From: Acidobacteriota bacterium
GTDB lineage: Bacteria > Acidobacteriota > UBA4820 > DSQY01
Reading direction: 5' to 3'
NCBI GenBank assembly: GCA_049967655.1
Contig: JBMFSH010000040.1
Location: forward strand, 1 to 20,287
Length of the DNA stretch: 20,287 bases
Shown: positions 9,024 to 20,284 of the stretch, piece after piece
Numbering within the stretch: position 1 is the stretch's first letter
Layout of the letters: each line of letters starts with the position of its first letter
The notes under the pieces: model-generated
Seen by the model: only the letters and a program-made list of their open reading frames with translations
Database searches by the model: none
What the model was told of the DNA's origin: nothing
Translations under genes and position numbers: made by a program

Positions 9024-9790
9024 GCCTGCGCGTGCACGTTCTCGCCTCGGGCTCTTCGGGGAACGCCACCCTCTACAGCACCGGGGGGACCCACGTGCTG
9101 GTGGACTGCGGCCTGTCAGCGCGGGTGGTCACGGCGCTGCTTCGGCTGGCGGGAGTGGAACCCGAGGAGCTCTCCGCGGTGTTCGTCACCCACGAGCACA
9201 CGGACCACATCAAGGGGCTGCCCGTCTTCCTGAAGCGCCGCCGGATACCGCTCTTCATCGCCCCCCAGTGCCTGGAGTCGCCCGCCCTGGCGGGCAGCTC
9301 CTTCTGGGGTGTGGAGCCCCTCGAAGCGGGGCGCGGAATCAGGCTGGGGCGGCTGGCCGTGAGCCCCTTCCGGGTTCCCCACGACGCGGCGTGCTGCTTC
9401 GGCTTCACCTTCGAGGCCGGCGGCGTGCGGGCGGTCCAGGCGACGGATCTCGGGCAGCCCACTCCCGCCGTGCGCCGGGAGTTGAAGGGGGCCCACTGTG
9501 TGCTCCTGGAGTTCAACCACGACGTGGACCGGCTGATGGAGGGAGCCTATCCCATGCACATCAAGCTTCGTGTCCGCAGCGCCCTGGGCCACCTCTCCAA
9601 CGAACAAGCGGCGGGGCTCCTGGCGGAGACGTCGAACGGCTCCACGCAGGCCCTCTACCTGATGCACCTCTCCCGGGAGAACAACCTCCCGGCGCTGGCG
9701 CACCTGGCGGCCCAGGAGGCTCTGGCGGGGAGGCCTGTCCGCGTCGAGGTGACCAGGCACTTGCAGCCGGCGCCGCCGTGGGAAGGCTAG
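9020..9790 (+). CDS. Metallo-beta-lactamase-fold hydrolase (YycJ/WalJ-like putative nuclease), 256 aa
   Basis: LASGSSGN, LVDCG, VTHEHTDH (HxHxDH), VPHDA, ATDLG, LEFNHD, GHLSN, LMHLSRENN motifs. Confidence 0.9.
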   Translation: MSLRVHVLASGSSGNATLYSTGGTHVLVDCGLSARVVTALLRLAGVEPEELSAVFVTHEHTDHIKGLPVFLKRRRIPLFIAPQCLESPALAGSSFWGVEPLEAGRGIRLGRLAVSPFRVPHDAACCFGFTFEAGGVRAVQATDLGQPTPAVRRELKGAHCVLLEFNHDVDRLMEGAYPMHIKLRVRSALGHLSNEQAAGLLAETSNGSTQALYLMHLSRENNLPALAHLAAQEALAGRPVRVEVTRHLQPAPPWEG

Positions 9791-9844
9791 AGGGGCGAAG
9801 AATTGGGGGCACGGGGCATGAAACCTTAGAACGGGAGGGGTGAG

Positions 9845-11137
9845 ATGATTCCACGATACGCGAGGCCCGGAATGGTCGCCCACTGGTCGGACGAGAACCG
9901 CTACGCCACCTGGCTCAAGGTGGAGCTGGCCGTGGTGCAGGCGCAGGCGGAACTGGGCATCGTCCCTCAGGAGGCGGCGGGGGAGATCGTCCGAAGGGCC
10001 CGCTTCGACGTCCAGCGTATCGAGGCGGTGGAGGAGGAGGTGAAGCACGACGTGATCGCCTTCACGACCTCCGTGGCCGATTCCATCGGAGACCTCTCGC
10101 GCTACTTTCACTACGGTCTCACCTCCTCCGACGTGGTGGATACGGCCCTGGCGCTGCTCACGCGCAACGCGCTCGACATGATCCTCGAGGATGTGGACAA
10201 CTTCCGCGAGATCCTGAAGCGGCAGGCCTTCGCCTACAAGGGGCAGGTCATGGTGGGCCGCACCCACGGCATCCATGCGGAGCCCACCACCTTCGGCCTG
10301 AAGTTCGCCCTCTGGTACGCGGAGATGGGGAGGAACCGCAAGCGGCTTCGGGCCGCCCGCGAGTCCATCGGAGTGGGCAAATTGTCCGGGGCCGTGGGCA
10401 CCTTCGCGCATCTGCCGCCGGCCCTCGAGGAGCTGGTGTGCCGGAGGCTGGGCCTCAAGCCGGACCCCATCTCCACCCAGGTGATCCAGCGAGACCGGCA
10501 CGCCGAGGTGATCGCCGCCCTGGCCTTGACGGGGACGACGCTGGAGAAGATCGCCACGGAGATCCGCCACCTGCAGAAGACCGAGCTCCGCGAGGTGGAG
10601 GAGCCCTTCTCCAAGGGCCAGAAGGGCAGTTCGGCCATGCCCCACAAGCGCAACCCGGTGGGCTGCGAGAACATCACGGGGCTGGCCCGCCTGCTGAGGT
10701 CCTACCTGGTGCCGGCCTACGAGAACGTGGCCCTCTGGCACGAGCGGGACATCTCCCACTCCTCCGCCGAACGGGTCATCCTTCCCGACTCCACGACGCT
10801 CCTGGACTACATGCTCAACCGCCTGGGGGGCATCCTCGACGGGCTGCTGGTCTACCCCGAGGCCATGCGGGCCAGCCTGAACAAGACTCGTGGTCTCATC
10901 TTCAGCCAGCAGGCCCTGCTGGCGCTCACGCGCTCGGGTCTGAGCCGCGAGCGCGCCTACGCCCTGGTGCAGGAGCAGGCTATGCGGTGCTGGTCCGGCG
11001 AGGGGGATTTCCTGGACCTCCTGCTGGCCCAGCCCGAGGTGTCCGAGAGGATCTCCCCGCAGGAGCTGCGCAAGGCCTGCGACCCCGGCGCCTACCTCAC
11101 CCACGTGGACGAGCTCTTCGACCGCGTCTTCGAATAG
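9845..11137 (+). CDS. purB: Adenylosuccinate lyase
   Basis: MIPRY start, KHDVIAF, HYGLTSSDVVDT, GRTHGIHAEPTTFG, signature GSSAMPHKRNPVGCE, LWHERDISHSSAER. Confidence 0.97.
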   Translation: MIPRYARPGMVAHWSDENRYATWLKVELAVVQAQAELGIVPQEAAGEIVRRARFDVQRIEAVEEEVKHDVIAFTTSVADSIGDLSRYFHYGLTSSDVVDTALALLTRNALDMILEDVDNFREILKRQAFAYKGQVMVGRTHGIHAEPTTFGLKFALWYAEMGRNRKRLRAARESIGVGKLSGAVGTFAHLPPALEELVCRRLGLKPDPISTQVIQRDRHAEVIAALALTGTTLEKIATEIRHLQKTELREVEEPFSKGQKGSSAMPHKRNPVGCENITGLARLLRSYLVPAYENVALWHERDISHSSAERVILPDSTTLLDYMLNRLGGILDGLLVYPEAMRASLNKTRGLIFSQQALLALTRSGLSRERAYALVQEQAMRCWSGEGDFLDLLLAQPEVSERISPQELRKACDPGAYLTHVDELFDRVFE

Positions 11138-11211
11138 GGCGCCATTCTTCCGCGCGAAATTCGACCGCGGAATGGGGGGAGGCCCCCTCTGTGGCAAAGG
11201 GCCCTCCGCTC

Positions 11212-11275
11212 TGCTACCATGACCTCTCCACCCGCGGTGGTGCACGCTGCGGGATTCCTTTTTTCCGGAAGGAGA
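11212..11275 (+). promoter_or_regulatory. Putative internal promoter and structured leader of purSQL
   Basis: Extended -10 TGcTACCAT (11212-11220); hairpin 11231-11237/11247-11253; TTCCTT (11255-11260) complementary to the RBS AAGGAG (11269-11274). Confidence 0.4.
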
Positions 11276-11281
11276 CCCTGC

Positions 11282-11527
11282 ATGAAGGCCCGGATTCACG
11301 TGTTTCTCAAGGAGGGGGTATTGGATCCGCAGGGCAAGGCCGTCATGAACGCCCTGAGGACCCTGGGCTTCGGCGAGGTCCAGTCGGTCCGCCAGGGGAA
11401 GTTCTTCGACGTGGAGACGGAACCGGTGGCACCCGGCGCGGCCGAGGAGCGCCTGCGCGAGTATTGCCAGAAGCTCCTCGCGAACCCCGTCATCGAGAAC
11501 TTCCGCGTCGAGGTCCTGGAGCCATGA
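11282..11527 (+). CDS. purS: Phosphoribosylformylglycinamidine synthase subunit PurS, 81 aa
   Basis: MKARIHVFLKEGVLDPQGKAV, VRQGK, LLANPVIE motifs; AAGGAG RBS. Confidence 0.95.
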   Translation: MKARIHVFLKEGVLDPQGKAVMNALRTLGFGEVQSVRQGKFFDVETEPVAPGAAEERLREYCQKLLANPVIENFRVEVLEP

Positions 11528-12264
11528 AGGTTGCCGTCGTTCAGTTCTGGGGCAGCAACTGCGACCACGACGCCATCGAATGGGCGCCGCGGGTCCTGGG
11601 CCTCGCGAGCGAGGTGATCTGGTACGAGGAGCGGGACCTGAAGGGGGCCGATCTGGTGGTGCTTCCGGGAGGCTTTTCTTACGGCGACTACCTGAGGCCG
11701 GGCGCCATGGCGGCCCGGACGCCCGTCATGGAGGCGGTCATCGCCCACGCCCGCCGCGGCGGGCTCGTGATAGGCATCTGCAACGGCTTCCAGGTGCTGT
11801 GCGAAGTGGGCCTGCTGCCGGGTGCCCTCCTTCGCAACCAGACCCTCACCTTCCTTCACCAGGAGGTGGTCCTGCGCTGCGAGACGACGGGGTCGCCCTT
11901 CACCGCCGGCATCGGAAAGGGGCGGCTGCTGCGGATGCCCATCGCCCACGGAGACGGGAACTACTTCGCCGACGAGCAGACCCTGAAACGGCTGCTTGGT
12001 GAAGATCGCGTGGCCTTTCGCTACGTCAGCCCCGAGGGAGCGCTCGATCCTGCGCATAACCCCAACGGCTCCCTCGACGCCATCGCGGGCATTCTCTCCG
12101 AAGGCCGTAACGTGCTCGGCATGATGCCCCACCCCGAGCGGGCCAGCGAGGCTCTCCTCGGCTCCTCGGACGGAGCGGAGATTCTGCGCTCGGTCCTGGG
12201 CTCTTTCCAGCGCGCCGGGAGGATGGAAGCAGGGAAACAGGAAAACAGGGAGACAGGGAGATGA
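11524..12264 (+). CDS. purQ: Phosphoribosylformylglycinamidine synthase glutaminase subunit PurQ, 246 aa
   Basis: ATGA overlap with purS; GSNCD, PGGFSYGDYLR, GICNGFQ (catalytic Cys), PIAHGDG, NPNGS, GMMPHPER. Confidence 0.96.
   Translation: MKVAVVQFWGSNCDHDAIEWAPRVLGLASEVIWYEERDLKGADLVVLPGGFSYGDYLRPGAMAARTPVMEAVIAHARRGGLVIGICNGFQVLCEVGLLPGALLRNQTLTFLHQEVVLRCETTGSPFTAGIGKGRLLRMPIAHGDGNYFADEQTLKRLLGEDRVAFRYVSPEGALDPAHNPNGSLDAIAGILSEGRNVLGMMPHPERASEALLGSSDGAEILRSVLGSFQRAGRMEAGKQENRETGR
12230..12261 (+). repeat. Four tandem degenerate 8-mers (CAGGRARA)
   Basis: CAGGGAAA CAGGAAAA CAGGGAGA CAGGGAGA at the very end of purQ. Confidence 0.75.
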
Positions 12265-12315
12265 AGGTCCGTCACTTCTCACTGGCCCCAAGCGGGCCCC
12301 ACGCGGAGTTCCGCC

Positions 12316-14535
<2,220 letters not shown>

Positions 14536-14657
14536 TTGTGGCGATGCCGGCGTACGGGGATGGCGGATACCGACCGCATCTCCTCCTCCCGGCCTCCGGA
14601 TGAGCTGAGCGTCAGACCGCCTTGCCCCGGCCCTCGTTGGCGTCTTCGGAGGTCTCG

Positions 14658-16043
14658 ATGTGCGGGATTTTCGGGATCTACAGGCATTCGGAGGCGGCCA
14701 ACCTTGCGGTGCACGGCCTGTACGCCCTCCAGCACAGGGGGCAGGAGTCCGCGGGCGTGGCGACCTGCGACGGCGGTCACCTCCACCTCGTCAAGGGCAT
14801 GGGGCTGGTCTCGGAGGTGTTCGGAAACCGGGACCTCTCGGACCTGCCGGGGGACTCCTCCATCGGCCACGTCCGCTACTCCACCTCGGGCAGTTCCCAC
14901 GTCCGCAACGCGGGCCCCATCTTGGCGACCACCCAGCACGGGGAGATGGCCCTGGCCCACAACGGGAACCTGGTGAACGGGCTGGGCCTCCACGAGGAGC
15001 TGGAGAAGCAGGGAGCCATCTTCGCCACCACCACCGACTCCGAGGTGATCCTCCACCTCTTCGCCCGGTCGAGCCAGGCCGATCCGGTGGATGCCCTGGT
15101 GGACAGCCTCCTGCGCCTCAAGGGCGCCTTCAGCCTGGTCATGCTCATGGGCAACAGCCTGGTGGCCGTGCGCGATCCGTGGGGCTTCCGGCCCCTGGTC
15201 CTGGGCGACCTGGCGGGCTCTCCCGTGCTGGCCTCCGAGACCTGCGCGCTGGACCTGCTCAAGGCCGAGTACGTGCGGGAGATCCGGCCCGGCGAGGTGC
15301 TGATCGTGTCGGAGAAAGGGATGCGCTCCCTCTTCCCCTTCCCTAAGATCGTCCAGGTGCCCTGCATCTTCGAGTACGTCTACTTCGCCCGCCCCGATTC
15401 GGATCTGTTCGGACGGGTGGTCTTCCCGGTCCGCGTCGCCATGGGGCGGAGACTAGCCCAGGAGAGGCCGGTGGAGGCGGACGCCGTGGTGCCCGTACCG
15501 GACTCGGGGGTCCCGGCGGCCATCGGCTACTCCGAAGAAAGCCGCATTCCGCTGTTGTGGGGGCTCATACGGAACCATTACGTGGGCCGGACCTTCATCG
15601 CGCCGCGGCAGTCGGTGCGGGACATGTCGGCGAGGCTGAAGCTCAATCCCGTCCGCTATCTCCTGCAGGGCAAGCGGGTGGTCCTCGTGGACGACTCCCT
15701 GGTCCGCGGTACCACCTCCCGCAAGATCGTCCGCCTGGTTCGGGAGGCCGGGGCCTCAGAGGTGCACCTCCGCCTCTCGAGCCCGCCCATCGTGAACCCG
15801 TGCGTCTACGGGATCGACACGCCGGAGCGCTCCGAGCTGGTGGCCGCGAACATGGACCTGGCTTCGATCTGCGCCTTCGTGGAGGCGGACTCCATCGGCT
15901 ACCTGAGTCCCGAGGGGATGCACGAGGCCGCCGGACTTCAGATGGGCCAGGCCTGCCACGCCTGCATGGGAGGGGAATACCCGGTCCGCTGGACCGAGCC
16001 GAAGGGCGCCCAGCGGCTGCTCTTCGACAAGACCCACCGATAG
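14658..16043 (+). CDS. purF: Amidophosphoribosyltransferase, 461 aa
   Basis: ATG 14658 after GGAGG giving MCGIFG (Ntn Cys); LQHRGQE, GHVRYST, AHNGNL, VLVDDSLVRGTT; Cys pattern (PCIFE, PCVYG, CHAC) of the Fe-S-binding type. Confidence 0.97.
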   Translation: MCGIFGIYRHSEAANLAVHGLYALQHRGQESAGVATCDGGHLHLVKGMGLVSEVFGNRDLSDLPGDSSIGHVRYSTSGSSHVRNAGPILATTQHGEMALAHNGNLVNGLGLHEELEKQGAIFATTTDSEVILHLFARSSQADPVDALVDSLLRLKGAFSLVMLMGNSLVAVRDPWGFRPLVLGDLAGSPVLASETCALDLLKAEYVREIRPGEVLIVSEKGMRSLFPFPKIVQVPCIFEYVYFARPDSDLFGRVVFPVRVAMGRRLAQERPVEADAVVPVPDSGVPAAIGYSEESRIPLLWGLIRNHYVGRTFIAPRQSVRDMSARLKLNPVRYLLQGKRVVLVDDSLVRGTTSRKIVRLVREAGASEVHLRLSSPPIVNPCVYGIDTPERSELVAANMDLASICAFVEADSIGYLSPEGMHEAAGLQMGQACHACMGGEYPVRWTEPKGAQRLLFDKTHR

Positions 16044-16154
16044 GCGGGGACCGAGCGCCGAATGCCGAGCATTCCGCCCTCGGCGCCATGGGCTTTTGAG
16101 ATCTTGGCGACGGTTTCCCCGCTTTCCGAATTCCCTCCTCCCGCCTCCCTTTTC

Positions 16155-16184
16155 TTGCTCCCCGCAGGGTAGCCAGCGTACAAT
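16155..16184 (+). promoter_or_regulatory. Putative sigma70 promoter of the chemoreceptor (and purM)
   Basis: TTGCTC (16155-16160), 18-nt spacer, TACAAT (16179-16184), 50 nt before the ATG. Confidence 0.6.
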
Positions 16185-16233
16185 GGGCGCAGTGCAAGGT
16201 CGGGGACGATCACCCGCGAGGGAGGGAGAGCCG

Positions 16234-18783
16234 ATGCCCTGGTTCAAGTTCAAGACGAAGAAATTTATTTACGATCTGGTGCCGGTTCTCTTCGCCCTGG
16301 TGGTGTCCCTTCTCTACTTCCTGTCGGTGGTGCCCAATACGCGGCCCTTCTGGCAGAAGTACGTCCTGACCGTCTTGGGCCTGCTCATTCTCGACCGCAT
16401 CATCATCACCTGGTACGCCCGTCACAAGATCATGCCCCCCATCATCGCCTACAAGCGCGGAAAGCGCGCGGGCCGGGTCTTCACCCGGGCCGAGCTGGAG
16501 GAGTTCTACCGGGACTTCGCCTCGCACGTGCCCAGGTCGCAGATCATGACGAGTGTGTCCTGGGCGATCGCGGCCACGGCCTTGGCGACCATCAGCTACC
16601 TCTGGATCCAGCGGAGCTGGATCGTCTTTTTCGGCATCCTCTTCACGGGCATCATCGCGGCCGCCATCTCGTTGGGCTTCGCCTACTTCCTCCTCAAGAG
16701 CCAGATCCGCCCCCTCATCGAGGAGGCGGCGGCTTCGCTGGACCGCCTGCCCGACGTATCGGAGGTGAGGCTCAGCTTCATTCTCAAGATCGGGGCCTCG
16801 GTCATCGGAATCGCCCTGGTGGCCTTCCTCTCCTTCGGCGTCATGGTCTACTCCCGGTTGAGCATGGAGCTGGACCGGTTCGCCCTCCAGTCGGGGGCGC
16901 GGGCGGCGCAGGAGCTGGCGCGGCGGCTTCAGCAGAGCCCCGAGGCGCAGTGGGGGGACGTGCTGAAGGCCAGCGCCAATCCGCTCTGGGTCGTCGTGCC
17001 GGTGGATGCCAACGGGCGTGTGCTCCATGCCGAGGCGAGCGGCCCCTATTCCGGCCGGGCCGTGCTAAGCGCCCTCCAGCAGCTCAGCGGGCCTCCCGCG
17101 GATCACGAATTCCTCACCACCTACGGGCGGGTCCGCCTGATACCGGCGGGTTCCCAGCGGTACCTGGCGCTGCTGGCCAACGAGGGCTACCTCAGCGACG
17201 TGGTGAAAAACCTGAGCCTCGTGGGAATCATCTTCCTCATTGCGACCCTGGTGGTCTTCAGCGGCTACATCCTCTGGCTGGGCAGGGACACGGCCCGGAC
17301 CCTCGAGGAGACGGCCGCCTTCAACAAGCGCCTGGCCGCGGGCGACCTGACCCGCATACCCGCCATCTGGTCAGACGACGAGCTCGGAGTCATGGCCGAC
17401 GACCTGCGCTCCACCTTCCAGGGGCTGGGCAAGCTGGTCCGCGAGGTGGCCGGCGCTTCGGCCGCCGTGGACGAGGAGGTGGGCCAGACCCTCGGCGTGA
17501 CGGAGGGGCTCCGCCATCACGTGACGAGCCAAGCCGCGTCGGCGGAGCGCACCACGCGATCCATGAAGGTCATGGAGGAGGGGATGCAGCGGGTCTCCAC
17601 CGCCATGACGCAGGTGGCCAACTCCACCCAGGAGGTCTCCTCGGCCATCCTCCAGATGCAGGCGAGCGTGGAGGAGATCGCCAGGAACGCGGACGTGCTG
17701 ATCCACTCGGTGGAGAAGACGGCCTCCTCGTCCAACGAGATCCTGGCCACGGCCGAGGAGGTGAAGGGCGCCACGGACCAGCTCTACACCGGAAGCCAGG
17801 AGGCGGTCTCCTTCCTGAACGAGTTGGACGCCTCGCTGGAGGAGACCCGCCGGAACGCCGCCTCCCTCTCCGAGACGGCGGGGCGCGTCACCCGCGACGC
17901 CGAGGCCGGCTTCACGGCGGTGGCGGCGGTGGAGGAGCAGATCCTCCGGACGCAAAAGGCCAGCGAGCAGGGTCGCTCCACGCTGGAGGAGCTCCTGCAC
18001 TCCATCGAGAGGATCGGACGCATCGTCGAGCTGATCCAAGACGTGACGGAGCAGACCAACCTCCTCTCGCTCAACGCCTCCATCATCGCCGCGGGCGCCG
18101 GTGAATACGGGAAGCCCTTCGCCGTGGTGGCCACGCAGATCCGGGAGCTGTCCGCCCGAACGGCGGGCAACGCCAAGGAGATCCGGACGGTGATCCGCTC
18201 CCTCACGGAGAGCGGAGAAGAGATGGCGGGCTCTATGGACCGGACCTTCCAGGTGGTGGAGGGCAGCGCCGAGCTCTCCGGGATGGCGGGCAAGGCCCTG
18301 AGGACCATTCTGGAGTCGGCCTCCTCGCAGGAGGAGAACTCCCGGCGCATCGCCTCTGCCACGGAGGAGCTGGCCCACGGCGGCCAATCGGCCAACCGGG
18401 CCATGCACCAAATTTTCGAGATGATCCAGGGAATCGCTCGCGCGGCCCAGGAACAGGCCCAGTCCACGCGCTACCTGAACGAAGAGGCCGAAAAGGTCCG
18501 AGAGGTCGCGCGCCAACTGAGAAATGCCACGGACGAACAGGCCAAGGGCAGCCGGGTGATCAGTGAGGCCGTGACCCGCATCATGGACGACAGCCGCCAG
18601 ACCAACCAGGCCGTGCAGCTCCAGGCCCAGGAGGTCTCGGGCATCTACGACGCCATGACGCAGGTGGCCGACACGGCTCAGGCCATCGAGCAGGCCTTCA
18701 GCCAACTCATGGAGGCCTTCTCCCGCCTCCAGAAGAGTTCGGCGCTCCTACGGCAGGAGGTCCAGAGCTTCAAGCTGGTCTAG
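16234..18783 (+). CDS. Methyl-accepting chemotaxis protein with six predicted TM helices, HAMP and a very long signalling domain, 849 aa
   Basis: ATG 16234 after GGAGG; six hydrophobic stretches; HAMP-like LAAGDLT...SDDELGVMA; hairpin tip EQTNLLSLNASIIAAGAGEYGKPFAVVATQIRELSART; EE/QE methylation-type pairs. Confidence 0.92.
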   Translation: MPWFKFKTKKFIYDLVPVLFALVVSLLYFLSVVPNTRPFWQKYVLTVLGLLILDRIIITWYARHKIMPPIIAYKRGKRAGRVFTRAELEEFYRDFASHVPRSQIMTSVSWAIAATALATISYLWIQRSWIVFFGILFTGIIAAAISLGFAYFLLKSQIRPLIEEAAASLDRLPDVSEVRLSFILKIGASVIGIALVAFLSFGVMVYSRLSMELDRFALQSGARAAQELARRLQQSPEAQWGDVLKASANPLWVVVPVDANGRVLHAEASGPYSGRAVLSALQQLSGPPADHEFLTTYGRVRLIPAGSQRYLALLANEGYLSDVVKNLSLVGIIFLIATLVVFSGYILWLGRDTARTLEETAAFNKRLAAGDLTRIPAIWSDDELGVMADDLRSTFQGLGKLVREVAGASAAVDEEVGQTLGVTEGLRHHVTSQAASAERTTRSMKVMEEGMQRVSTAMTQVANSTQEVSSAILQMQASVEEIARNADVLIHSVEKTASSSNEILATAEEVKGATDQLYTGSQEAVSFLNELDASLEETRRNAASLSETAGRVTRDAEAGFTAVAAVEEQILRTQKASEQGRSTLEELLHSIERIGRIVELIQDVTEQTNLLSLNASIIAAGAGEYGKPFAVVATQIRELSARTAGNAKEIRTVIRSLTESGEEMAGSMDRTFQVVEGSAELSGMAGKALRTILESASSQEENSRRIASATEELAHGGQSANRAMHQIFEMIQGIARAAQEQAQSTRYLNEEAEKVREVARQLRNATDEQAKGSRVISEAVTRIMDDSRQTNQAVQLQAQEVSGIYDAMTQVADTAQAIEQAFSQLMEAFSRLQKSSALLRQEVQSFKLV

Positions 18784-18858
18784 GGGCCGGCGGGATAGCG
18801 GGCCCCAAAGGCCCTCGGCGGGCGGCTCGTCAGCCTCGGATACTGGAGCGAAGGTGCC

Positions 18859-19899
18859 ATGGAAGATAAGCGAGGACTGACCTACAAGAGCAGCGGCGTG
18901 GACATCGATGCCCAGGACCGGGCGCTGGCCAAGGTGAAGGCCATCGCGCGCTCCACCTTCACCCCAGGCGTCCTCTCGGAGATCGGCCTCTTCGGCGGGC
19001 TCTTCGCCCTGGAGCCGGACCGGGAGGATGGCCCCGTCCTGGTGGCCTCCGCGGACGGTGTGGGGACCAAGCTCAAGGTGGCCCAGATGGCGGGCCGTTA
19101 CGACACCGTGGGGCAGGACCTGGTGAACCACTGCGTCAACGACATCCTGGTGCAGGGGGCGAGGCCGCTCTTCTTTCTGGACTACTTCGCCGCCGGCAAG
19201 CTCATCCCCGAGCGCCTGGCCTCCGTCGTCGAGGGCCTGGGAAAGGCCTGCCGAGAGAACGGCTGCGCGCTCATCGGCGGGGAGACGGCCGAGATGCCGG
19301 GCCTATATGGCGGAGAGGACTTCGATCTTGCCGGCTTCATCGTGGGCGTGGTCGAGAGGAGCGAGCTTCTCCCGCGTGACGTCCGGCCGGGCAACGTCCT
19401 TCTGGGACTGACCTCCACGGGGCTGCACACCAACGGCTACTCCCTGGCGCGCAGGCTCTTCTTCGAGCGGCAGGGGATGAGGGCGGATTCGCGGGTCGAG
19501 GAGTTGGACTCCACGGTGGGGGAGGCCCTGCTCGCCGTGCACCGCTCCTACCTGCGGACGCTGTCGGGACTGCTGGTGAGGGGCCGAGGCGTGACGGCCC
19601 TGGCCCACATCACGGGCGGGGGAATCCCCGACAACCTGCCCCGGGTGCTCCCCGAGGGAGTCCAGGCCCTGATCCGGCCGGAGGCCTGGGAGGAGCCGCC
19701 CCTCTTCCGCTACATCCGCCGCGAGGGGTCGGTGCCGGAGGAGGAGATGCGGAGGACCTTCAACCTGGGCGTGGGAATGGTGCTCTGCGTGGAGGCCGCG
19801 TCGGCGGGAAGCCTGAAGGCCGAACTGGAGTCCCGCGGGGAAAAGGTCTTCGCCATCGGGGAGCTGAGGGAGGGGCCGCGCGGCGTGGTTTTCAGCTAG
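18859..19899 (+). CDS. purM: Phosphoribosylformylglycinamidine cyclo-ligase (AIR synthetase)
   Basis: TYKSSGVD, GLFGGLF, DGVGTK, NHCVND, PLFFLDY, GGETAEMPG, STGLHTNGYSL, AHITGGG, RTFNLGVG. Confidence 0.97.
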   Translation: MEDKRGLTYKSSGVDIDAQDRALAKVKAIARSTFTPGVLSEIGLFGGLFALEPDREDGPVLVASADGVGTKLKVAQMAGRYDTVGQDLVNHCVNDILVQGARPLFFLDYFAAGKLIPERLASVVEGLGKACRENGCALIGGETAEMPGLYGGEDFDLAGFIVGVVERSELLPRDVRPGNVLLGLTSTGLHTNGYSLARRLFFERQGMRADSRVEELDSTVGEALLAVHRSYLRTLSGLLVRGRGVTALAHITGGGIPDNLPRVLPEGVQALIRPEAWEEPPLFRYIRREGSVPEEEMRRTFNLGVGMVLCVEAASAGSLKAELESRGEKVFAIGELREGPRGVVFS

Positions 19900-20222
19900 T
19901 CCCCTCTGGCTCCGCCTGCCGCCCGAGGAAAGGGGCGGTAGCAGGCCCGAACGAGCCGGAAGGCCCCCCTTCCGCCTCCATCACCAATCATCACGCGCGT
20001 CCAAAATAGACCGCTTTGCCGGCTCCGACCTACGGCTGGGTCCGGGCCGCGCCTTTGGCGCGGCGCTTGGGGGCTTGGTCCGGGCGCGTCCACGCCAGCG
20101 TGGCCGCGCTCCGTCCGCAGTCCCTCCGCCGCCCTTTGGGCGCCAGCCCCAGCCTCATCGAATACGAACCGTCCCCCCACCCTCCACGGGTGCGCCGGCG
20201 GCGACGGACCTCCTGCTGCGTC

Positions 20223-20284
20223 AGCCTTCGGCGGCCGCATCCTCAGCGTACATTCAGTACGCTTCCGGTGCGGCTGCCTCGGCT
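20223..20284. repeat. Long imperfect palindrome, possible REP/MITE-like extragenic element (may extend past the window edge)
   Basis: AGCGTAC (20245-20251)/GTACGCT (20257-20263) nested in a 12-bp stem 20230-20241/20267-20278 and AGCC/GGCT (20223-20226/20281-20284). Confidence 0.5.

Noticed and set aside
9818..9829. Three-codon uORF (MKP) before purB
   Set aside because: Too short to distinguish from chance, and purB has its own strong RBS.
14622..14657. Possible PurF propeptide from a TTG start
   Set aside because: GGAGG sits directly before ATG 14658, and Met-Cys starts are standard for PurF lacking a propeptide.
19916..19941. GAGGAAAG in a hairpin loop after purM, suggestive of RNase P RNA
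   Set aside because: Not followed by UCC and the other RNase P conserved regions are missing. Probably a simple 3' hairpin, and without a T-tract I do not call it a terminator.
19896..20240. 114-aa minus-strand ORF after purM
   Set aside because: Low-complexity A/G/P/R translation, no motifs, and it overlaps palindromic non-coding DNA.
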